From the NCBI GenBank assembly GCA_038064875.1, contig JBBTSC010000001.1, positions 699,004 through 763,003 on the forward strand: 64,000 nt of DNA. The letters run 5' to 3'. Numbering within the stretch: the stretch's first letter is position 1; the number at the start of each line of letters is the position of its first letter. Below are positions 54,500 to 64,000 of the stretch, one piece after another. This stretch comes from Patescibacteria group bacterium (GTDB taxonomy: Bacteria; Patescibacteriota; Saccharimonadia; Saccharimonadales; 2-12-FULL-41-12). A program made the translations under genes and the position numbers. The notes under the pieces are model-generated. The model saw only the letters and a list, made by a program, of their open reading frames with translations. It ran no database searches and was not told the DNA's origin.

Positions 54500-55185
54500 C
54501 TACTTTTTTTACATTTTTTCTATAAAAATTGAACTAATTTCATACAGGTGCATTTAAATGTGTCAATATATGAATATTTCATGGGATTTTTTGCTATGCG
54601 CAGGTATGGTTTCAGGGCCCAATTTCATAATTTTAGTATGACTAAAATTACATTTTTTGGAGATCGGGAACAAAAGGTTTTTCGGCTGGTTAATAAGTAC
54701 TTTGAATTGAGTAGTTAAAGCAAGCCAAGCGTTAACCAATTAAGAGCTAGCTCATTCACTTAAGAGCCAAGACACATATCAAAAGGCTTATCCCGATTCT
54801 TGGCAATATGAATAGCTAATACTTAGCTAAATAGTGTTTCTGGTAAATAACCAAAATATTTTTAGCTTGGAAAAATACACGTGAGTATATCAATTTTAAT
54901 AAATTAGTTGAAATTGCAAATATGCACCTAATCATAGATTTTATTAATATTTGTTAATTTCCGTTACAAAAAAATAACCACCAGGTCTCTTGCAGACTTC
55001 CAGTCAGGTGCTCGTTTGGAAAAAACAAAATGTTGAAAATTTTCAGGGAAAATCACACATACGTCTAAAAGCTGTAGAGAATATATAGATATATTATGTA
55101 TTCAGCAATAACATTGTGAATAATAGTACAATATTTAATACCAATTTTATTATAGTAATAGTGTAAATAAAACATCTATAGTGTA

Positions 55186-55214
55186 TTGACTTATTATAAT
55201 AAATGTACTAGTAT
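55186..55214 (+). promoter_or_regulatory. Candidate promoter for the 55.4-58.9 kb operon
   Basis: TTGACT, 17-nt spacer, TAGTAT, flanked by four TATAGT motifs. Confidence 0.35.
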
Positions 55215-55400
55215 ATATCTATAGTAATCAAACATATAGTTTGTACAAAAATAAAAAGATTACTAAAAATTTCGCTCTCGGCTAAGCTCACGCTTACCAG
55301 AGCGGTCAGTCAGTCATAGGACGGTAAGCGCTTAGAAGTAATTATAAAGAGCGGTTTTACTGTCCTTGACCTTTTTGTATTTTAATCAAAGGTAAAGAAC

Positions 55401-55730
55401 TTGAACAAAATAATACTTATACTATCCTCAACACTCCTTGCGGTTATGGCAATACTTGTCAATCCAGAGGAGATAAAAATGGCTCAGTTGATGGTTGTAT
55501 TAGTCTTAGTTTTCTCTTTCTTGGTGAGTTTGATGAATATTATTTCACAATTTATCTTCGGTAGAACAGCTAAATCAAAAATCATAGCCCTTTCGTCAAG
55601 CACTTACATATGGTCTGCACTGGCTATGCAATCAGTTGGATCTGGTTCTTTAAAAGATATATCAATTTTCAGCCTTGTATTTATAATCGCTTTCTTCTAT
55701 ATCAAACACAATTTCTCTTTGAACAGGTGA
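55401..55730 (+). CDS. Hypothetical small membrane protein (3-4 TM)
   Basis: TTG start preceded by AAAGGTAAAG. Hydrophobic throughout. Confidence 0.45.
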   Translation: MNKIILILSSTLLAVMAILVNPEEIKMAQLMVVLVLVFSFLVSLMNIISQFIFGRTAKSKIIALSSSTYIWSALAMQSVGSGSLKDISIFSLVFIIAFFYIKHNFSLNR

Positions 55731-55788
55731 TAAACCGCCGGACAAGTATTCATTCTGTCTTTATATATCTGTTATAATACTTCGTATT

Positions 55789-56106
55789 ATGACAACAGAT
55801 GATCAAAGCGATAGTGGACAGCTGTTACCACCGGTGAACGATAATAATCTACCAGTGGACTCTTCTGACGCCTCACAGCCAAATAATCAAGGTACTAGTC
55901 AGCCAGTGCCACCATCTATCCAAGCACCTCAGCAAGATGAAGCAGGTGATGTTGATGTTATAGAGAAAGCATGGATTGAAAAGGCTAAAAAAATTGTTGA
56001 TCAGACGTCAACTGACCCTTTTGAGCAACAGAAAATGCTCAGTAAAGTAAAAGCAGAATATATCAAGAAGAGATTTAATAAGGATATCAAGATAAACGAC
56101 GAATAA
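55789..56106 (+). CDS. Hypothetical protein (105 aa): disordered Pro/Gln/Asp N-half, helical C-half
   Basis: TAATG translational coupling to the downstream ATPase. Confidence 0.5.
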   Translation: MTTDDQSDSGQLLPPVNDNNLPVDSSDASQPNNQGTSQPVPPSIQAPQQDEAGDVDVIEKAWIEKAKKIVDQTSTDPFEQQKMLSKVKAEYIKKRFNKDIKINDE

Positions 56107-58919
56107 TGGCGATATTTATAAGTATACTAGTCGGACTTTTAGTAATTGGCTTAATAACAGGGCCAATTTTATTCTTTCATTCTAGATCTGTTCTGAGAGA
56201 ACAGAAAGATTTTGAGCGAGGGCTTAAAATGGTCACACTATTGATACATTTACCGCCACCAAGTGACGATACTGACATAGGCTCCAGAGACGTTAGAGAT
56301 GTCACTGATGAGAATATATCAAAAGCGGAGATAGTCTATAACATTTTAGCAAGCACCCTCCAGAAGGGATTCAAAAGCAGTTTTTATGGCCAGAGACACA
56401 TATCCTTTGAAATAGTTGGGACTAAAGGCTTCATAAATTTCTATGTAGCTGTACCAATATCACTTGTAGAGGTTGTACATCAGGCTGTTATAAGCGCCTA
56501 TCCATTAGCAAGGCTGGAAGAAGTTGCTGAGCATAATATATTCAGCCCTGTCGGCAAGATAAGCGGAACTCTAGGTGGAGAATTAACTCTTAAAGATAAG
56601 TTTGTCTATCCAATTTCAACTTACCGGGATATAAAGCGTGATCCTATGCACTCTATACTGAATGCTCTGTCATCTTTAGATAAAGAAGATGGTGTTGGTA
56701 TCCAGCTAATGATACGGCCTGCTAATGATGGTTGGCGTAAAACAGCTTCTGAATTCGCTGGCAAAAAGCGTAAAGGACACGAAAGTCACAAGGGTGGAAA
56801 ACTCTTTGCATGGTGGATAAGACAGCTTTTTGAGGCTCTCTGGCACCCTCCAGAAGACAAAAGTGGCGGAGATAGTGGGAATAACCTATCAAGCCACGAA
56901 GAAGCAGTAGTTAATTCTGTAGAGGACAAGACTAAGCACCCAGGTTTTGAGACATCGGTTCGTATTTTGACTTCTTCTAACATTGCTCATAAGTCTCAAA
57001 CACTTCTCAACAACGTAGTTTCAAGCTTTGCTTTGTTCGATGCACCTGGGAAAAATGGATTTAAATACACACCAGCTCAGGACATAGAGAGATTTGCTAC
57101 AGCATATATAATGCGGTTTTTCCCAACTGGACACTCCAAAAACATCTTGAATTCTGTTGAATTGGCGACGATCTTTCACTTTCCGCAACAGGATGATATC
57201 CCTACATCTCAGCTAACCAGGCAAGAATCAAAACAAGTTGATGGCCCAAGGAACGTGCCAGATAACGGACTTTTGCTAGGCTACAATCTTTTCAGAGGAG
57301 TTAAAAAACCAATCAGACTGTCTCATGGTGATAGACAAAGACACATGTATGTTGTTGGACAGACAGGAGTAGGTAAGTCTGTCTATCTGGAAAACTTGGC
57401 ACTGCAAGACATGATAGAAGGAAATGGTTTTGCGTTTATTGATCCTCATGGTGATACTGCTGAAAAATTGCTATCAATGGTGCCAAAAGAGCGCACAGAA
57501 GATGTTATTTATTTCTGCCCGGCAGATACAGATTATCCCTTAGGTCTCAATATCTTTGAGGCAAAGACTGATGATGAGAAAGATTTTGTTATCCAAGAAG
57601 TAATCAATGTTCTATATAAGTTGTATGATCCACAACGCCAAGGGATAATTGGCCCTCGTTATGAGCACATATTTAGAAATGCTGCATTGACTGTAATGGC
57701 GGGACCAGAGGGAGGAACTTTCATAGATATACCAAAGCTTTTTGCTGATCCAGATTTTGTAAACAAGAAACTTGAATATGTGAAAGACCAAAACGTGATT
57801 GATTTTTGGCGTAAAGAGATGGTCCAAGCGAAAAGATCAAATGAATTTGGAGACGTGGTAAGTTGGTTTGTTAGTAAATTCGGTGCCTTCTTGTCCAACT
57901 CAATGATGCGTAATATCATTGGTCAGACCCAGAGCTCATTCGATCTAAGAGAAATCATGGATAACAAGAAGATACTCCTGGTTAACCTCAGTAAGGGAAG
58001 AACCGGTGAGCTTAACTCTAAACTGCTTGGCATGATCTTTGTTATGAAATTCCAAGCTGCTGCTATGAGTAGGGCTAATATTCCTGAGAGTCAAAGAGTT
58101 GACTTCTGTTTATACGTGGATGAGTTCCAGAACTTTTCTACTGATTCATTTGCCACAATAATGTCAGAAGCCAGAAAGTATAGGTTGAGCTTGACTGTCG
58201 CTAACCAGTTTACAACACAGCTAACCGACGAGATTAGAGATGCAGTCTTTGGTAACATGGGTACTATCATAGCGTTTAGAATTGGCCAAAATGACGTTGA
58301 ATCATTGAGTCGCTATTTCCAGCCGATGTTCGACGGTGATGATCTTCTTAGAATACCTAACTATAATACGATTGTTAGAACACTTATCGGCGGAGTTCCG
58401 ACACAACCTTTCAGTATGGCGACCATTCCACCTCTAGGGGATCCAAACAAGGAGTTAGGAACGGCTCTCAGGCAGTTGTCTGCTGCAAAATTTGGTAGAC
58501 CGCGATCAGTAGTAGAGAAAGAGATCTTTGCTAGAATCAGAACCAATTCAAAGTCAGATAGCTCGTTGCAAGCACCTAGCGCAACTAATGGGCCTAGAGT
58601 GAGCTCGCCAAAGCCAAATACACAAGCATCTTTTCTAGATCAGTGGTTGGCTAAAAAGAAACAGCAGGCACCCGCTAGCCCTTCCTCGAAGCCTTCAAGC
58701 CCATCTAGCGCTATTGATACAGCAAGTCAACAGAGTACTAATACAAATCAATCAAATAGCCCTTCTGCTCCTAGCTCAAAGCCATCTTCAGCTTTTGCAG
58801 GAGACCAGGCTCCTTTGAAGCAACCAGAGCCGGGTACTGTAATAGAGCCTGGCAAATCTAAGAAAAGACAACGTGGTAGTGATATCTTTATCGGGAGAGA
58901 TGGCAAGATAGGTCAATAA
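56106..58919 (+). CDS. Membrane-anchored P-loop ATPase of the type IV coupling protein/HerA-FtsK superfamily (TraD/TrwB/VirD4-like)
   Basis: N-terminal TM and a ~390-aa unassigned domain. Walker A VVGQTGVGKS followed by AFIDPHGD. Walker B LYVDEFQNF. EARKYRLSLTVANQ arginine-finger region. Ser/Pro-rich C-terminal tail. Confidence 0.7.
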   Translation: MAIFISILVGLLVIGLITGPILFFHSRSVLREQKDFERGLKMVTLLIHLPPPSDDTDIGSRDVRDVTDENISKAEIVYNILASTLQKGFKSSFYGQRHISFEIVGTKGFINFYVAVPISLVEVVHQAVISAYPLARLEEVAEHNIFSPVGKISGTLGGELTLKDKFVYPISTYRDIKRDPMHSILNALSSLDKEDGVGIQLMIRPANDGWRKTASEFAGKKRKGHESHKGGKLFAWWIRQLFEALWHPPEDKSGGDSGNNLSSHEEAVVNSVEDKTKHPGFETSVRILTSSNIAHKSQTLLNNVVSSFALFDAPGKNGFKYTPAQDIERFATAYIMRFFPTGHSKNILNSVELATIFHFPQQDDIPTSQLTRQESKQVDGPRNVPDNGLLLGYNLFRGVKKPIRLSHGDRQRHMYVVGQTGVGKSVYLENLALQDMIEGNGFAFIDPHGDTAEKLLSMVPKERTEDVIYFCPADTDYPLGLNIFEAKTDDEKDFVIQEVINVLYKLYDPQRQGIIGPRYEHIFRNAALTVMAGPEGGTFIDIPKLFADPDFVNKKLEYVKDQNVIDFWRKEMVQAKRSNEFGDVVSWFVSKFGAFLSNSMMRNIIGQTQSSFDLREIMDNKKILLVNLSKGRTGELNSKLLGMIFVMKFQAAAMSRANIPESQRVDFCLYVDEFQNFSTDSFATIMSEARKYRLSLTVANQFTTQLTDEIRDAVFGNMGTIIAFRIGQNDVESLSRYFQPMFDGDDLLRIPNYNTIVRTLIGGVPTQPFSMATIPPLGDPNKELGTALRQLSAAKFGRPRSVVEKEIFARIRTNSKSDSSLQAPSATNGPRVSSPKPNTQASFLDQWLAKKKQQAPASPSSKPSSPSSAIDTASQQSTNTNQSNSPSAPSSKPSSAFAGDQAPLKQPEPGTVIEPGKSKKRQRGSDIFIGRDGKIGQ

Positions 58920-58939
58920 TCCTTAGGCTTGCTATAGAT

Positions 58940-59512
58940 TTAATAAGCGCTTTTGCGACGAAAGACCAGCTTTAGTAGAATCTCTAAGATAGTCCCAATA
59001 ATAAAGCCACCGACAAATGACATAATTCCAATCATGAAGTTATACTCATAGCCGAAGAAGTAACTTGCCCATAATACCAAGAGGCTAGAGAACAATGAGA
59101 AAGCTCCACCCATAGCTAGTCCTACAGGTCTAGCAACTGTTTTACTAGATATTTCGCTGATAGTGTCTACTGTTGGCCTGTGTACGAATTTGCTTAGGAT
59201 TTTTTGATCAAAAGGTAGTTTTTTCTGAGTTTTTTTGATAATTTGCTTGAATGAGTTATTGCTCAGATCATTTCCAATCATTCGGATGTTGCTATTTGTC
59301 TTTTTTGAGTCGCCAGAGCTTTTTTCTTCGATCTCTTTGCTGGTTTTAGCCTTCTCTTGTGCTGATTTGAGAAGTTCGTCAAGTGTTTCCTTGCTTGCCT
59401 TTTTAGGTAGGGACTCACTAGAATCGTGATTTACTTCTTTTGAGTGTGATTTTTCTTGAGATTTATTATTTGAATCATCAGTCTCATACCCAAAGTTTAT
59501 TTTTTCAGACAT
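58940..59512 (-). CDS. Hypothetical membrane protein (charged N-terminal half, 2-3 C-terminal TM)
   Basis: 190 aa. Starts 4 nt after the stop of the upstream LPXTG gene. Confidence 0.5.
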   Translation of the reverse strand: MSEKINFGYETDDSNNKSQEKSHSKEVNHDSSESLPKKASKETLDELLKSAQEKAKTSKEIEEKSSGDSKKTNSNIRMIGNDLSNNSFKQIIKKTQKKLPFDQKILSKFVHRPTVDTISEISSKTVARPVGLAMGGAFSLFSSLLVLWASYFFGYEYNFMIGIMSFVGGFIIGTILEILLKLVFRRKSAY

Positions 59513-59515
59513 TTA

Positions 59516-61159
59516 CTAGTTCCCCCCGTAAGTAAAATCTTGTTTTATTATGCCCAGTTCTTTACTAAAGAGTCTGCTTCTTGCAAAAAAGTAGCTACTA
59601 ACAGTTGTCACTGCGAAGGCAAAGAATATGCTTTGACCCGGGCCAGTATTTGGTAGTTGTTCGATTTGTTTAAGCGTAGGGCAGTCCATATCCATAGATA
59701 TTTCGTTGCCGTATCCATTTTGAATCTTACAATCGTAGCTAGTAGAGCTAGCGCTTGGAGCATGGGTCACAGGTATACTATCTTTAATCTTAACTCGGAA
59801 TGTCTTGATTAGTTCACCTTTGGCTGGGATTGTTTGGTTATCCCAATAGACAACCTTTGTTACTGGGTTGAATTTGCCACCTTGAGTTTCTAGATAAGCC
59901 TGGTCAACATCGGCGTAATCCAGGATGTCTCCTATGTAATCTTCAACTAGATATTTCTTCTTCTCAATAGTATTTGTATTAGTAGTTATCAAGCTATACT
60001 CAATGACATCACTTGCATGAACTTTTGTAGCTAGGGTTTGTTCAGGACTTAAATTTTGCGTGACATTGCGTGCTTTCTTCTGTCTGCCTGGAGTCGTACA
60101 TTTCGGGTCATCAGCGGTGAGCTTAGGGTCATCAACACAGACACACTTAGGGTCGTCAGGCTTCAGGTTAGGGTTGTTAGGGCACTTTGGCTCTTTACAG
60201 TTAGGGTCATTTGATTTTATCGCTGGGTTATAAGGGCAGGGCGGTATACATTCTGGACGATTAGGGTTATTGGTACAGTCTTCAGGGACTACTGTTATCG
60301 TTGTTTGACACGCTGGAGCTGTTTTGTCCCCAACAGTACTATTGACCGTTAAAGTAGCTGTGTACGTTATAGGGGCACCGGTATTGTTGGTGTAAGTATG
60401 ATCAATTACTGTTCCATTATGTCTAATAGTTTGTCCATCACCAAAGTTAAAGGTTAATCCATTAACAATATTTGGTAAGTTGGCAGAGTATGCTCCAGTG
60501 AAGCGGACACTAACCGATTTTACTCCAGTCCTTTTATCTCCTGTTAAGTTTGTACATGCTACAGTTGGCTTAGGTGCAGGTGGCTCAGGACCTTCTGCAG
60601 GGCGGTAGGCGATATTACCACAGTCTTTTAGGACCCAAACATACCAATATCTATTATCTGTACCTTTGTGCTTACCAAAGTAGTAGGCTGGTGTACTACC
60701 TTGCCATTCCGCGGCGCTTCTACTATAAAAGGTCTTCCCGCCAAATTGACCTAGATTGTGATCATTTGTGCTTGCAAAGTTTATTCGACCCACTGTTCGG
60801 GTACCTTTAGAACCTTGTTCCTGGAAATTAAAATTAGTGTTCTGAACATTGTCCATGGCGGCGGCATCTAGGCCAAATCTGTTATATAAAGCCTTAACAT
60901 CGGCTTTATGATAATAGTTTGATTTTAAGTCACTAATACTGCTTACTCCTCCAGATATTACATCGTTAGGAGATGCAGCAAGAGACTGCTTTGCGGGTAT
61001 AGAAGTTGCGACTATTTGCACAAAAAAGCTTAGAATAATAAAAAACAATCCAAGCCTTCTTATAGACTGTTCTTGCTGTAACCTTCTTAAATAGAAAGAT
61101 ACTTGATCTATAGAACCGGGATTGAAGCTTAGTTTTGAAACAAATTTGTTGATGCTCAT
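59516..61159 (-). CDS. LPXTG-anchored surface protein with PKD-like domain and Cys/Pro-rich repeats
   Basis: N-terminal signal/anchor. PKD-like TFNFGDGQTIRHNGTVIDHTYT...YTATLTV. Repeats (D/N)P(K/N)C. C-terminal LPNTGPG plus hydrophobic span plus RSR (sortase signal). Confidence 0.7.
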   Translation of the reverse strand: MSINKFVSKLSFNPGSIDQVSFYLRRLQQEQSIRRLGLFFIILSFFVQIVATSIPAKQSLAASPNDVISGGVSSISDLKSNYYHKADVKALYNRFGLDAAAMDNVQNTNFNFQEQGSKGTRTVGRINFASTNDHNLGQFGGKTFYSRSAAEWQGSTPAYYFGKHKGTDNRYWYVWVLKDCGNIAYRPAEGPEPPAPKPTVACTNLTGDKRTGVKSVSVRFTGAYSANLPNIVNGLTFNFGDGQTIRHNGTVIDHTYTNNTGAPITYTATLTVNSTVGDKTAPACQTTITVVPEDCTNNPNRPECIPPCPYNPAIKSNDPNCKEPKCPNNPNLKPDDPKCVCVDDPKLTADDPKCTTPGRQKKARNVTQNLSPEQTLATKVHASDVIEYSLITTNTNTIEKKKYLVEDYIGDILDYADVDQAYLETQGGKFNPVTKVVYWDNQTIPAKGELIKTFRVKIKDSIPVTHAPSASSTSYDCKIQNGYGNEISMDMDCPTLKQIEQLPNTGPGQSIFFAFAVTTVSSYFFARSRLFSKELGIIKQDFTYGGN

Positions 61160-61310
61160 TTTTTATTTTCTTATCATTATCAATAACCTCTAGCGTTATT
61201 TATACATCTATACCAACAAAAAATCAATACGCTAACAGAGTATTTGTAAAATAATAATTCCTAGGCTATAATAATTGGTAAGTTTTAGAGTTATCAAGAG
61301 GGACATTTAA

Positions 61311-63281
<1,971 letters not shown>

Positions 63282-63282
63282 G

Positions 63283-64000
63283 ATGGAAGAGAACAACAAC
63301 GACCAAATGGAACAGTCAGAGCAACCAGAAATCATAGAAACACCAAGAGAAATATCAATGGACGAAAAACGAGCGGGAGTAGAACATGCTCCAGATATTT
63401 TAGATACAGGTCATGCTCGGTCCGTAGAACGACGAACTGTTGAGAATGTAATGGAAGACAGCTATCTTCGCTATTCAATGAGTGTCATTATCGATCGTGC
63501 CCTCCCTGACGTTAGAGATGGTCTTAAGCCAGTCCACCGACGTATTTTGTACAGCATGAACGAAGATGGTCTCAGAAGTGGATCTAGACATCGTAAGAGC
63601 GCCAACGTTGTAGGTGCCGTCATGGGTAAATATCACCCTCACGGTGATTCATCTATCTATGACTCAATGGTCCGAATGGCTCAGCCTTGGGCTATGCGTT
63701 ATACCCTGGTAAATGGGCAAGGTAACTTCGGTTCCATGGATGGAGACCCGCCAGCCGCTATGCGTTATACAGAGGCAAAAATGCATCGACTTGCTGATGA
63801 GCTCCTAGCAGATATAGACAGCAGGACAGTTGATTTTAGGGATACTTACGACGGCGAGAATAAAGAACCTACTGTTCTGCCTGCAAAGTTACCTAACTTA
63901 CTTTTGAATGGTCAACTCGGCATTGCTGTAGGTATGGCTACTAATATTCCTCCTCACAACTTGAGTGAACTTATTGATGCCGAAGTGCACATGATCGACA
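63283..64000 (+). CDS. gyrA: DNA gyrase subunit A (3' end beyond window)
   Basis: ATG at 63283. [30 protein letters not shown]...[17 protein letters not shown]...AMRYTE (active-site Tyr region). Not in the ORF track because it runs off the edge. Confidence 0.95.
   Translation, partial: MEENNNDQMEQSEQPEIIETPREISMDEKRAGVEHAPDILDTGHARSVERRTVENVMEDSYLRYSMSVIIDRALPDVRDGLKPVHRRILYSMNEDGLRSGSRHRKSANVVGAVMGKYHPHGDSSIYDSMVRMAQPWAMRYTLVNGQGNFGSMDGDPPAAMRYTEAKMHRLADELLADIDSRTVDFRDTYDGENKEPTVLPAKLPNLLLNGQLGIAVGMATNIPPHNLSELIDAEVHMID

Noticed and set aside
54975-55025. ACCACCAGGTC...CAGTCAGGTGCT, with a GGAA loop on the reverse strand, faintly resembling SRP RNA domain IV.
   Set aside because: The conserved symmetric and asymmetric loop sequences (AGCA/GGAA context) and a closing helix of proper length cannot be formed. 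The resemblance is limited to short words.
60100-60260. Repeated TTAGGG (telomere-like) hexamers on the plus strand.
   Set aside because: They are the reverse complement of codons for the (D/N)-P-(K/N) repeats of the LPXTG protein. This is a coding repeat, not a telomeric or non-coding array.

Overview
This is a chromosomal window from a compact, moderately AT-rich bacterial genome that uses the standard code (TAA, TAG and TGA all terminate good ORFs). Gene content is mostly housekeeping: polA, mutM, holA, truB, pnp, rnj, ftsK, efp, thrS, miaA, gyrBA, many ribosomal proteins and infC-rpmI-rplT. There are three tRNAs (Arg-CCU, Asp-GUC, Val-GAC), all with encoded CCA, and a bacterial type-A RNase P RNA. 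Surface biology looks monoderm: an LPXTG-type sorting signal and a complete type IV pilus locus with no secretin at 24.9-37.4 kb (pilM-N-O, small TM protein, pilB-T-C, major pilin, pilD, four pilin-like genes). Together with the small size of many proteins, this fits a reduced-genome Patescibacteria/CPR organism, possibly Saccharibacteria-like. That assignment is inference and cannot be verified here. No rRNA, CRISPR array, transposase, integrase or prophage is visible. The most unusual part is 54.3-61.2 kb. It holds a ~1.07 kb ORF-free AT-rich spacer, by far the longest non-coding stretch in the window. This is followed by a small TM protein, a 105-aa protein and a 937-aa membrane-anchored coupling-protein-like (TraD/VirD4/HerA-type) ATPase. 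These converge on an LPXTG/PKD/Cys-rich surface protein and a membrane partner. Other non-obvious signals are: an ~80-nt element present twice in inverted orientation, each copy starting right after a stop codon and carrying an anti-Shine-Dalgarno-like CACCTCC core; three large nested-hairpin intergenic elements; a structured terminator-containing leader upstream of thrS; a promoter-hairpin-terminator unit upstream of comM; recurrent -10 boxes 7-11 nt from ATG (probable leaderless mRNAs); infC with a non-canonical ATA start; a catalytically degenerate DHH protein; and a PCD-RNase H fusion abutting rnpB. I see no clear defence system, and none of the candidate novelties is proven.
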